A stretch of 62,531 bases of DNA, counting the filler, from Actinomycetota bacterium (lineage in GTDB: Bacteria > Actinomycetota > Acidimicrobiia > IMCC26256 > VFJJ01): assembly GCA_009886115.1 (NCBI GenBank). It is 6 parts of 6 records of this genome, joined end to end, with 100 filler letters (N's around TTAATTAATTAA, not from the genome) between each part and the next. Parts side by side here need not be neighbours in the genome. Positions count along the whole stretch, not along the records: positions 1 to 29,709 come from VFJJ01000085.1; 5 more parts are not named here. One strand, 5' to 3'. Positions within the stretch are counted from its first letter, which is position 1. Each line of letters starts with the position of its first letter. Both the position numbers and the translations under genes were made by a program. Positions 1 to 8,255 of this stretch are shown piece by piece. The notes below the pieces were generated by a model. It made no database searches. It saw only the letters and a program-made list of their open reading frames with translations, and was not told the origin of the DNA.

Positions 1-618
1 CGCCGGGGGTTGGGGACCGGGAAAGGGAGCGGGGGCGGGAGCGGGAGCAGGAGCAGGAGCAGGAGCGACCGGGGTGGACGGTGGTGGAAGCGCCGACACG
101 GGCGGCGGAGTTGTAGCGGGCGGTGGGGTCACTGGCGCCAGCGCAGCGGGCCTTTCGGGCAGGGTGTCGGAGTAGGCGCTGGCCGGCATGACCTCCGTCA
201 ACACGGCCACGGTGCTCGGGGTCCCGAGCGGGCTCGCCGGTGCCGATGCGGGCGTCGTCCCGGGCGTCGGCGCGGGCGCCCCAGTCGACTCGAGCACTGC
301 CGAGGCCGGGGGAGGCACCGTCGGAGGGGGAGGAGCCGGGGCAGCCGAGAGCGTCGTGGGCGTCGTGGTGGGGCTCGCCGTAGGCGTTGGAGCCGGGCTG
401 GCGGCGTTGGTGTCTGGCCCGTCGGAGCTGGTCGCCGAGGTGGTGGCTCCGGCCTCTGCCTCCTGTACGCCAGGCCCGGCAGCCGGTTCCTCGAGCTCTG
501 CAGCGCTCAGCTCGCGGGCCGGCTCGTCCTGGGCGGCTCGGACCACGGTGAACGTCGCCGTGGCCACGGCGAGCGTTCCTGTGATGACCACGAAGAACGT
601 TCTGGTTGTGCGCCCCAT
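1..618 (-). CDS. Secreted or membrane-anchored Pro/Thr/Ala-rich protein, 5' part (runs off the left edge of the window)
   Basis: Not in the ORF track because it has no stop in the window. Manual translation from ATG at 618: MGRTTRTFFVVITGTLAVATATFTVVRAAQDEP... (basic N-terminus plus hydrophobic stretch), then PAPTPTASPTTTPTT...PAPAPAPAP, open to position 1. The N-terminal part of + ORF 188..1789 reads as its antisense shadow. Confidence 0.7.
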   Translation of the reverse strand, partial: MGRTTRTFFVVITGTLAVATATFTVVRAAQDEPARELSAAELEEPAAGPGVQEAEAGATTSATSSDGPDTNAASPAPTPTASPTTTPTTLSAAPAPPPPTVPPPASAVLESTGAPAPTPGTTPASAPASPLGTPSTVAVLTEVMPASAYSDTLPERPAALAPVTPPPATTPPPVSALPPPSTPVAPAPAPAPAPAPAPFPGPQPPA

Positions 619-830
619 CGAATCCCCCGGCTCGTTCCGTCGAGCTCGACGATGCCAGGCCGGAGCCGACGGGGGATCGGGGGAGTCCCCCTTCCCGACC
701 CCCAATCGGGCCTTGAGATCACGGGTTCGTGGAGTTGCCCTCAGGGTCGGATGCTCCATACGGGGGATCGGCCCCATCACCGAGGCCATCCACCCGCCCC
801 GGCGCTGTTGCAGCACCGCGAGAGGATCGC

Positions 831-947
831 ATGGCCAAGATCTGGGCGAACTCGGGCGACAGCCACGTCGAGACGGTGGCGTCCATCGAGCCCCGCGCTC
901 GACTGAGTTCGTTCTTTGTGGCCACGCCGGTGCTGGGCGCTGGCTGA
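831..947 (+). pseudogene. N-terminal remnant of an amidohydrolase-family protein
   Basis: GAGAGG RBS then MAKIWANSGDSHVE, resembling the conserved start (with metal-binding DSH) of actinobacterial amidohydrolases. Similarity is lost after about 14 codons and the frame stops at 947. Confidence 0.5.
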
Positions 948-959
948 GCCACAAAGAAC
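911..959. repeat. 49-bp palindromic REP-like element, copy 1
   Basis: GTTCTTTGTGGC...GCCACAAAGAAC perfect 12-bp inverted repeat; a related copy of the same length lies at 54826-54874. Confidence 0.65.
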
Positions 960-994
960 GCCGGGACGTGGCGCCGGCGGCTAGAAACTCACCT

Positions 995-1789
995 GTGGAG
1001 CTGGGGTTGGCGGGGCGGGTGGCGGTGGTCACCGGGGGCAGCCAGGGGATCGGGCGGGAGATCGCGCTCGGACTGGCGACCGAGGGCTGCGACGTGGTGA
1101 TCGCCGCTCGACGAGCGGAACCTCTCGAAGCCGTGGCCGAGGAGATCAGGGCGCTCGGGAGGAGAGCGCTGGCCGTCGCCGCCGACGTGACGACGACTGA
1201 GGGGGTCGCCGCCATCGCCGACGGCGCTCGTACCACCTTCGGGCACGTCGACGTCCTCGTCAACAACGCCGGCAAGGGTTCGCCCAAGGCGATCCTCGAG
1301 CTGACCGACGACGACTGGCTGGCGTCGTACGACCTCAACCTGATGAGCGCCGTCCGGCTGAGCAAGGAAGTGATACCGGGCATGCGGGAGCGACGCTGGG
1401 GCCGCATCGTCAACATCTCCTCACGGGTGGGCCGCGAGCCCGACGCCTATTTCGGTCCGTATGGCGCGGCCAAGGCTGCGCTCATCAACTACTCGAAGAC
1501 GCTCGCCAACGCGTTCTCGAAGGACGGCGTGCTCACGAACTGCGTCGTGCCCGGGCTCATCCGCAGCGAGGCCATCGACGACGCGGCCCGCACGAGTGCC
1601 GAGGCGACCGGCAAGACGTTCGACGAGGTGATGGCCGAGTCGCTGCGGCGCCGGCCCATCCCGGCCGGGCGCATCGGCGAGCCGGGCGATGTCGCCGGCC
1701 TCGTGGTGCTGCTCTGCTCGGAGCGGGCGTCGTGGATCACCGGGAGCTGCTTCACCGTCGACGGCGGGATCGTCCGCCACATGATGTAG
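995..1789 (+). CDS. SDR family NAD(P)-dependent oxidoreductase
   Basis: GTG start at 995 (MELGLAGRVAVVTGGSQGIG); TGxxxGIG, NNAG, YxxxK (YGAAK) and C-terminal ITGxxxxVDGG motifs. Confidence 0.92.
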   Translation: MELGLAGRVAVVTGGSQGIGREIALGLATEGCDVVIAARRAEPLEAVAEEIRALGRRALAVAADVTTTEGVAAIADGARTTFGHVDVLVNNAGKGSPKAILELTDDDWLASYDLNLMSAVRLSKEVIPGMRERRWGRIVNISSRVGREPDAYFGPYGAAKAALINYSKTLANAFSKDGVLTNCVVPGLIRSEAIDDAARTSAEATGKTFDEVMAESLRRRPIPAGRIGEPGDVAGLVVLLCSERASWITGSCFTVDGGIVRHMM

Positions 1790-1802
1790 TGGTGGGAATA
1801 GT

Positions 1803-1851
1803 TTACTTCCGAAGCAATCTACTTGACACGGAACTATATTATTCGTAGACT
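1803..1851 (+). promoter_or_regulatory. Housekeeping sigma70-type promoter with an adjacent palindrome (candidate MarR operator)
   Basis: TTGACA (1823-1828), 17 nt, TAGACT (1846-1851); imperfect palindrome TTACTTC-C-GAAGCAA at 1803-1817; AT-rich patch upstream of the small gene + marR pair. Confidence 0.65.
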
Positions 1852-1891
1852 TGCGGATAACCGGTGCCTACCCTTCCCAAGGAGCAACTCG

Positions 1892-2164
1892 ATGACCGCA
1901 ACCCTGATCGTCCGTCATCCGGTCCACGACTACGCCGCCTGGCGGCAGGTCTACGACTCCGTCTCGTCACTCCAGCTGCGCCACGGCGTGACCGACTCGG
2001 AGGTCCTGCAGCTTGCCGGCGACGCCAACGAGGTTGTGGTCATCCATCGCTTCGCCTCGGTGGCCGAGGCCGAGTCCCTCGTCGGCGATCCCGAGCTGAA
2101 GAGCGCCATGGAGCGCGGTGGCGTCTCCGGACCTCCCCGGATCGAGATCCTGATTGACGCCTGA
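1892..2164 (+). CDS. Small dimeric alpha/beta-barrel (ABM/cyclase-like) protein
   Basis: AAGGAG RBS, ATG at 1892: MTATLIVRHPVHDYAAWRQVYD...VVVIHRFASVAEA...ELKSAMERGGVSGPP, 90 aa. Confidence 0.75.
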   Translation: MTATLIVRHPVHDYAAWRQVYDSVSSLQLRHGVTDSEVLQLAGDANEVVVIHRFASVAEAESLVGDPELKSAMERGGVSGPPRIEILIDA

Positions 2165-2786
2165 GCCCTCGACACGTGCGGCTCGACGCACCAAGCGGGG
2201 CGGTCGCGACCGCCCCGCTCTGGCCGCGCTCGGCGTCGTCAGCGTCGACGCCGACTTCGAGGCCGAGTACCCCGAGGGCAACGCGACGAGCACGGAGGCC
2301 TACGCCTCGCTCGTGCGTACCGGCGAGGCCCTTCTTGGCGCGCTCGATCGCAGTATCCAGGCGACGTTCGGCGTGCCCCAGCCGGTCATCACGGCGCTCG
2401 CCGTGATCGATGGTGCGGGCGAGCTCCTGACGCCGTCGCAGATCAGCGAACGGGTCCTGGTGTCGGGGGCCACCATGACCTCGACCCTCGACATCCTGGA
2501 GGACCGGGGCTGGATCCGACGCCTCCCCAACCCCGACGACCGTCGCAGCCTCCTCGTCGAGATCACCGACGCCGGACGCGCCGCGGCCGATCAGGCCCTG
2601 CCCGGCATCAGGAGCATCGAGCGCCGAATCATGTCAGCCCTCTCTGAGGCCCAACGACGCTCCCTCCTCGGGATGCTCTCGAAGGTGCTGACGGAGGCGG
2701 CGGAGGTCGCCAGCGAGGCACCCGTGAGCCTGGCCGGCCCTCGGGTTCGGCCGGCCCGACTCGACGCCGCGCACGGATCGTCGTGA
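2154..2786 (+). CDS. MarR family transcriptional regulator
   Basis: Winged-HTH signature LTPSQISERVLVSGATMTSTLDILEDRGWIRR...DDRRSLLVEITDAGR. Confidence 0.9.
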   Translation: MTPEPSTRAARRTKRGGRDRPALAALGVVSVDADFEAEYPEGNATSTEAYASLVRTGEALLGALDRSIQATFGVPQPVITALAVIDGAGELLTPSQISERVLVSGATMTSTLDILEDRGWIRRLPNPDDRRSLLVEITDAGRAAADQALPGIRSIERRIMSALSEAQRRSLLGMLSKVLTEAAEVASEAPVSLAGPRVRPARLDAAHGSS

Positions 2787-2832
2787 GACGCTGCCGCATC
2801 GTCGACCGGTCGAGCTCCGACACTGGTCCCGG

Positions 2833-3741
2833 ATGAGTCGGGGAGGGCCCGTGCCGACACGACCACGAGGCGGTCCGGCACCCGCGCCGCCACCGGAGGA
2901 CGGCGGCCCGTCACGGGACGAGGTCGTGTCGTGGGACGAGGTCATGGATGCCGCGCTGTTCGTGACCGAACGTGACGGCATCGACGGTCTGACGGTTCGA
3001 GCGGTGGCCGAGGCTCTCGGCGTCGCCGGCCCGACGGTCCGTCACCATGTCGAGGGAGACGACGAGCTCGCCGACCGGGTGTGCGAGCACCTCGGAGACA
3101 GCGTCGACCTCGATCTTGACCTCAGCGCCGGCCTCGCCTGGGACGACCGGATCGTGGCCATCGTTCTCGGGATGGACCGCACGCTGGCCCGCTACCCCGG
3201 CGTCGCGGCCCGCGTCTTCGCCGTGAGCCGCACGGCCCGGGTGCTGCGACCCGTCCACGAGCACATCACCACGGTGGTGCTCGGGGCCGGATTCCCTCCC
3301 CAGGAGGCCGCGGCGCTCGTGGCCACGGTGCACTTCCACCACAGCGGATGGGTGCTCGGGCGCCCTGTCGTGCTCGAGGTCACGACGGCTGATCCGGGCT
3401 CGCGAACCGCTGCCGACAGCCTGGCTCAGGGTGGGCATCCGGCGTTGAGCGCCGTGCGCAGCAACGGGCTCGTCGCGGCAGCCACCTCCTCGACCGGGAG
3501 CTCGACCACCGATCTGCTCGAGACGGGACTGCGCCGGATCCTCGACGGGTTCGCTGTCGCATCGGCGAGTCGCATCCCCGACCGCAGCCGGCACCGATCG
3601 CCAACGGGCTCCACGGCTTCGGGCCCCCACCGGGTCATGCGTGCCCGCCGCCTCGAGAGCGCCGCGCTGGCGACGGGCGACGGCGCCTCGTCCGGCGACC
3701 GCCGTGCGTTCCCCCCGGATATCGGGCCCCCCGTCCACTGA
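2833..3741 (+). CDS. TetR/AcrR family regulator with a TetR_C-like domain
   Basis: N-terminal HTH: AALFVTERDGIDGLTVRAVAEALGVAGPTVRHHV; helical C-terminal domain ending LETGLRRILDG; low-complexity tail. Confidence 0.8.
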   Translation: MSRGGPVPTRPRGGPAPAPPPEDGGPSRDEVVSWDEVMDAALFVTERDGIDGLTVRAVAEALGVAGPTVRHHVEGDDELADRVCEHLGDSVDLDLDLSAGLAWDDRIVAIVLGMDRTLARYPGVAARVFAVSRTARVLRPVHEHITTVVLGAGFPPQEAAALVATVHFHHSGWVLGRPVVLEVTTADPGSRTAADSLAQGGHPALSAVRSNGLVAAATSSTGSSTTDLLETGLRRILDGFAVASASRIPDRSRHRSPTGSTASGPHRVMRARRLESAALATGDGASSGDRRAFPPDIGPPVH

Positions 3742-3763
3742 ACGACGGGTCGTCGCTCGTCGC

Positions 3764-5347
3764 TCAGCCCGGGTCGGCGACCTCACGTTCGGCGACGAGC
3801 GCCGACCGGTTGATCTTGCCGGCAGCGCTGCGGGGGAGCCCGTCGACGATCTCGAACGACTTGGGGACCTTGGCGCCCGAGAGACGTTCGCGGCAGTGCA
3901 GGGCCAGGTCCGATGCGCCGATGTCGGTGACGACGATGGCATGGACCCGGTGGCCCCACTCGGGATCGGGCAGACCGATGACCACGGCGTCGGCGACATC
4001 GGGATGCTCGGTGAGCGCGGCCTCCACCTCGGCCGGGAACACGTTGACCCCGCCGGTGATGATCATGTCGACGCGCCGGTCGGCGATGTAGAGATACTCG
4101 TCGTCGTCGAGCCAGCCGAGGTCGCCGATGCTGGTGAACCCGTCCTCGGTCCGTGGGGGCGGTGGCGCGTTCACGTATTCGAACGCCGTCGCACCAGCGG
4201 CCACGAAGGCGGCCGTCGAGCGCAGGAAGATCTCGCCGATCTCTCCGGGCAGCAGGCGACGGGCGCTGTCGGGATCGGCGCCGGTGCCGGTGTCGAGGAT
4301 CCTGATCTCGGTGTCGGTGCCCCGGCCGACGGTGCCCGGATGGGCCAGCCATTCGTCGCCCCGGCACGACGCCAGGCCCACGCCCTCGGTCGATCCGTAC
4401 GAGCTCCAGTACCGCTCGGGTCCGATGCGCTCGATCCAGAACCGGGCCAGCCACGGCGGCATCGACGCACCGCCTTGGATGAGCGACTCGATGCTCGACA
4501 GGTCGCGCCCGGCGATGTCGGGGAGGCGGGCCATCCGCATGAGCATGGTGGGCACGGCGATCATGGCGGAGATGCGGTGCCGCTCGATGAGATCGATGGC
4601 ACGCGCCGCGTCGAAGGCCTCCATGAGCACGATCGGCTCGCCCCCGAGCAACAGGCGATAGCACGCGAAACCGTTGGTGTGATAGAGCGGCGCCGGGATC
4701 AGGTGGCGTTGACCTGTGGGCGCGAGGCCGTACCGGGCCAGCATCGAGGTCGACGGGTCGACGACGATCTGGCCGGGGGTGGGGCTCATGATCAGCTTGG
4801 GACGGCCCGTCGAGCCGCTCGAAGCGATGGCCTGGGCCCGGGGTGCGACCACGTCGGGCAGCGGTGCCCCGGGCGACGGCTCGCCATCGGTCGCGGCGAC
4901 ATCGCGACGAGTGACGTCGGCCCCGGACCAGTCGGCCACGACGATCCGGGGATCGGCGACGGCGAGCAGCCGGTCGCGCTCCCAGGGCGGGAGATCGTGA
5001 CGCACGGGCAGCACGCACGCTCCGAGCTTCCACGCGCCGATGGTGGTCGCCGCGTGCTCGGGCGAGCTCCCGAGGCCGACCACCACGAGATCACCGAGGC
5101 CGACGCCCTGTGCCATGAGGAACTGCGCCGTCTGGACGGCACGGTGGTCGAGCTCGGTCCAGGTGACGGGGGCGTCGCGCCCGTCAGACCCGGCGAAGAC
5201 CACGGCGATCTCGCGGGGTCGCTCACGGGCGAGGTCGCTGAACCGGCGGCCGTACGACACGGGCGCCGGCGGGACGGGTGCCGGCGGGACGGGCACTGCC
5301 GGGACGGGTACTGCCGGTGGCGTCGGCAGCCGCGGCCCGGAACCCAT
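3764..5347 (-). CDS. AMP-binding acyl-CoA synthetase (bile acid-CoA ligase-like)
   Basis: SSGSTGRPK P-loop, PLYHTNG, YGSTEG, GDLGWLD, DRRVDMIITGGVNVFPAEVE and LPRSAAGK motifs. Confidence 0.92.
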   Translation of the reverse strand: MGSGPRLPTPPAVPVPAVPVPPAPVPPAPVSYGRRFSDLARERPREIAVVFAGSDGRDAPVTWTELDHRAVQTAQFLMAQGVGLGDLVVVGLGSSPEHAATTIGAWKLGACVLPVRHDLPPWERDRLLAVADPRIVVADWSGADVTRRDVAATDGEPSPGAPLPDVVAPRAQAIASSGSTGRPKLIMSPTPGQIVVDPSTSMLARYGLAPTGQRHLIPAPLYHTNGFACYRLLLGGEPIVLMEAFDAARAIDLIERHRISAMIAVPTMLMRMARLPDIAGRDLSSIESLIQGGASMPPWLARFWIERIGPERYWSSYGSTEGVGLASCRGDEWLAHPGTVGRGTDTEIRILDTGTGADPDSARRLLPGEIGEIFLRSTAAFVAAGATAFEYVNAPPPPRTEDGFTSIGDLGWLDDDEYLYIADRRVDMIITGGVNVFPAEVEAALTEHPDVADAVVIGLPDPEWGHRVHAIVVTDIGASDLALHCRERLSGAKVPKSFEIVDGLPRSAAGKINRSALVAEREVADPG

Positions 5348-5351
5348 GGCG

Positions 5352-5690
5352 TTACAGTGCCACCGGGTTGAGCGCGTCGCGCAGCGCCGACATGCGCTCC
5401 GGGGCGAAGCTGAACCAGGCCCACTTGCCGCGTTGCTCCCGGCGGAGGATGCCGGCCCTCACGAGCTGCGAGAGGTGGTGGCTGACGGTCGGCTGTGAGC
5501 GACCCAGCGGTGCCGCGAGATCGCACGCGCACACCTCGCCATCGGGGGCCGCGGCGATGATGCTCACCAGGCGCAACCGAGCGGGATCGGCGAGCGCCTT
5601 GAGGACGGCCGCCAGCTCGACGGCCTGTTCCTCGTCGAGCGGGGCTCTCAGGAGCGGGGGGCAACACGGGTCGGTGACCATGAGATTCAT
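5352..5690 (-). CDS. arsR: ArsR/SmtB family metalloregulator
   Basis: KALADPARLRL, EVCACDL alpha3 Cys motif, SQPTVSHHL HTH, N-terminal CC pair; divergent from an arsI-like gene. The start may be the ATG at 5681. Confidence 0.9.
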   Translation of the reverse strand: MNLMVTDPCCPPLLRAPLDEEQAVELAAVLKALADPARLRLVSIIAAAPDGEVCACDLAAPLGRSQPTVSHHLSQLVRAGILRREQRGKWAWFSFAPERMSALRDALNPVAL

Positions 5691-5740
5691 ATTGACACTT
5701 ATCGAAGTGTGTGTCTATCATATCGACAGGCATCGAAATG
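5688..5740. promoter_or_regulatory. Divergent arsR/arsI promoter-operator
   Basis: AT-rich region with two related imperfect palindromes ATTGACACTTATCGAA and ATCGACAGGCATCGAA, and a TTGACA -35-like hexamer. Confidence 0.55.
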
Positions 5741-5820
5741 ACTTGGTCGGCGACCCGGCCCCGGCCCCGGCCCCACCCCCGAGCCCCGACCTACCCCTGA
5801 ACCCGAGGAGCCCGTCCATC

Positions 5821-6237
5821 ATGCGTCTCCAGCTCGCACTCAACGTCTCCGACCTCGGCGAGGCCGTCGACTTCTACACCCGGATGTTCGGTACGGGCCC
5901 GGCCAAGGTCCGGCCCGGATATGCCAACTTCGCCATCGCCGACCCGCCGCTCAAGCTCGTCCTCTTCGAGGACGGCGGCGCTCCCGGCTCGATCAACCAC
6001 CTCGGCGTCGAGACCGAGACGGCCGATGAGGTCGTAGCCGCCGAGACCCGTCTGGCCGCATCGGGCCTGGGCACCACCGGCATCGACGACACGGTCTGTT
6101 GCTACGCCACCAAGACCGAGACCTGGGTCGAGGGCCCCGACGGAGCCCGCTGGGAGTGGTACGTGAAGACCGGCGACGCCGAGCAGCTCGCCAACACTGT
6201 CGTCGGCGCACCCCCCACGACCTGCTGCCCGGAGTAG
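5821..6237 (+). CDS. arsI: ArsI/CadI family VOC metalloenzyme (C-As lyase-like)
   Basis: ATG at 5821: MRLQLALNVSDL...PAKVRPGYANF...PPLKLVL...INHLGVE...TVCCYA...WVEGPDGARWEWY; vicinal CC pair and Q/H/E metal ligands; extra C-terminal CC. Confidence 0.88.
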   Translation: MRLQLALNVSDLGEAVDFYTRMFGTGPAKVRPGYANFAIADPPLKLVLFEDGGAPGSINHLGVETETADEVVAAETRLAASGLGTTGIDDTVCCYATKTETWVEGPDGARWEWYVKTGDAEQLANTVVGAPPTTCCPE

Positions 6238-6243
6238 CCGCCG

Positions 6244-7425
6244 TCAGCCTGTGACGGGCTCCACCACCACCCGGGCATGCTCCGTCGCCGAGCGGCGGAT
6301 GGCGTCGAGGACGGCCTGTGCGGCTGCGCCGTCTCGGAAGGTTGCGGCGACGGGATCGCCAGGATCTTCAGCCGCGATCCGGCCGGCGGTGCGGCCGGCG
6401 GTGCGGTCGGCCATGCGCTCGGCGATGCGGTCGGCCACGAGGCGATAGATGCGGGTGAACGGCGCCAGGTCGATGCCGGTCGAGTGCCACATGTCGTAGG
6501 TGGTCACGAGCAGATCGCCCGGCGGCGGGTCGGGCGGGGGATTGACGAGATCGCCGGGTGTGGGAACCTGGCGCGGGCCCCCGCTGGAACCGTTGTCGCA
6601 GAAGAGATCGTCGCCCTGCAGCCAGGCCGAGCCCCCGGTACCGGTGATCGTGGTCGTCGCCACGACGTGACGCTGGGTGCACGACGAGTGCATCAGGCCG
6701 GTGGCGCCGTTGGCAATCTCGAAATGAACGGTGAAGGTGTCGTCGGCCGTCATCGCCGGTCGGGGCGCCAGCGTGTGCAGCGACGCGCTCACCGCGGTGA
6801 TCTCGCCCATGGTCGAACGGATCTGGTCGACGACGTGTGACCCGTAGGCCCCGAGCCAACCACCGCCCTGGCCGGCGTCCTCCCACCAGGCGGGTATCAC
6901 CGCAGTCGGATCGACGAGCGTGGGGAGCTGCAACACGAACATGGCCGAGCGGGGATCGCCGATCGCCCCGCTGCGCACGAAGCGGCTCAGGTGCGCCTGC
7001 CCGGTCGAGAAGCGGAACTCGGTGCCGAGGACGTTGACGACGCCGGCGGACTCGGCAGCCGACACCATCGTTCGCGCCTCGGTGAGATCGGCAGCAAACG
7101 GCTTCTCGCACATCACGTGCTTGCCGGCTGCGATGGCCTCGAGCACAAGGGCCGCATGGGTGCGCGGTGGGGTCGTGACCGCGACCACGTCGACGCCGGG
7201 AACAGCGAGCGCCTCGGCCAGGGAGGTCGTGCCGAGCGGAACCTCGAAACGCGCCGCTCGCATGCTGGTCTTGGCCGGATCGCGACCCACGAGCGCTTTG
7301 ACGTCGTAGCCGGCGGCCCGCATCGCCCGAAGGTGGGTGATGACGCCGAAGCCCGTCCCCACGACGACGGCGCCCGGTCCGGGGGTGGCGCTGGGGTCGG
7401 TGTCGGTGTTGGTGTCGGTGGCCAT
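6244..7425 (-). CDS. Gfo/Idh/MocA family oxidoreductase
   Basis: GTGFG Rossmann motif, AIAAGKHVMCEKP, GGGWLGAYGSHVVD. Confidence 0.9.
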   Translation of the reverse strand: MATDTNTDTDPSATPGPGAVVVGTGFGVITHLRAMRAAGYDVKALVGRDPAKTSMRAARFEVPLGTTSLAEALAVPGVDVVAVTTPPRTHAALVLEAIAAGKHVMCEKPFAADLTEARTMVSAAESAGVVNVLGTEFRFSTGQAHLSRFVRSGAIGDPRSAMFVLQLPTLVDPTAVIPAWWEDAGQGGGWLGAYGSHVVDQIRSTMGEITAVSASLHTLAPRPAMTADDTFTVHFEIANGATGLMHSSCTQRHVVATTTITGTGGSAWLQGDDLFCDNGSSGGPRQVPTPGDLVNPPPDPPPGDLLVTTYDMWHSTGIDLAPFTRIYRLVADRIAERMADRTAGRTAGRIAAEDPGDPVAATFRDGAAAQAVLDAIRRSATEHARVVVEPVTG

Positions 7426-7431
7426 CGGACC

Positions 7432-8124
7432 TCAGTTGGTGGTGAGCGAGGGTGGGGTGCCGTAGGCGATGATCGACAGGAAGCGGATGGGTGTGCGTTG
7501 CAGCTCGACCGGCCCGTGGGGGACCTCGCCGGCAAACTCGAGCGCGTCGCCGTCGCGCAACGAGTAGCGCGACGACCCATAGCCATACACCATGGCCCCG
7601 TCGAGCATGTAGATGAACTCGGTGCCGGGATGCTGGAACAGCGGGAAGACCTCGGAGTCGTCGGTGAGGGTCACCAACAAGGGTTCCAGGCGCTTGTGGT
7701 CGCCGCGCATGCTGCCGAGGAGCCGGTAGCGGTGCCCCACCCGTGTGCCGTCGCGCACGATCTCGAGGCCCTGCCCGGCCGGGACGTACAGCGCGTCGTG
7801 CTCTTCCTCGAGACCGCGGAACAAGGCGGTGACGGGCACGCTCAGCGCGGCCGCCACCCGGGCCAGCGTCGACAGGCTCGGAGAGGCCTGGCCGTTCTCG
7901 ATCTTGGACAGCATGCCCTTGGAGATGCCGCTCGACTCGGCGAGTTGGGCGACCGTGTACCCGAGCTGTTGGCGGTATTGCCTGACCCGCTGGGCGATCA
8001 CGGCGTTCAGCGGATCGGCGATGCTGTCCTTGGCGGCCGTTGCCGAGATCTCGGCGCGGGCGGACGCGGACCCGCTGTCGAGGCTGGGCCCGGGCTCGGC
8101 GCGAAGCGGTCGGCTCGGGGACAC
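7432..8124 (-). CDS. XRE-family HTH regulator with a C-terminal cupin (probable regulator of the methylamine island)
   Basis: IAQRVRQYRQQLGYTVAQLAESSGISKGMLSKIENGQASPSLSTL; cupin FQHPGTEFIYMLDG...GDALEFAGEVPHGP; TAGCAT -10 box 6 nt before the GTG at 8124 (leaderless). Confidence 0.9.
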   Translation of the reverse strand: MSPSRPLRAEPGPSLDSGSASARAEISATAAKDSIADPLNAVIAQRVRQYRQQLGYTVAQLAESSGISKGMLSKIENGQASPSLSTLARVAAALSVPVTALFRGLEEEHDALYVPAGQGLEIVRDGTRVGHRYRLLGSMRGDHKRLEPLLVTLTDDSEVFPLFQHPGTEFIYMLDGAMVYGYGSSRYSLRDGDALEFAGEVPHGPVELQRTPIRFLSIIAYGTPPSLTTN

Positions 8125-8155
8125 GGGCCGATGCTACCTGCGACGCGGCGCGGTT

Positions 8156-8192
8156 GTTTCGGCACAGGAAACATCGTCTCTTGCGTGGAAAC
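8156..8192. promoter_or_regulatory. Tandem 17-bp operator pair (site 1)
   Basis: GTTTC-GGCACAG-GAAAC (8156-8172) and GTCTC-TTGCGTG-GAAAC (8176-8192), 20 bp apart, between the divergent XRE regulator and permease genes. Confidence 0.7.
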
Positions 8193-8255
8193 GTGCTGCG
8201 CGTCACACTGCGCGTCGACGCGCTGGAGGGGCCGTCGACCCGAGGGGGGATTGAC

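Noticed and set aside
188..994. Long N-terminal extensions in track ORFs (188..1789, 5278..6237, 8040..9815, 10416..12251, 16562..19672, 37004..38761, 51758..52861)
   Set aside because: Family motifs and RBS or overlap signals place the true starts downstream (995, 5821, 8256, 11768, 16826, 37325, 52348).
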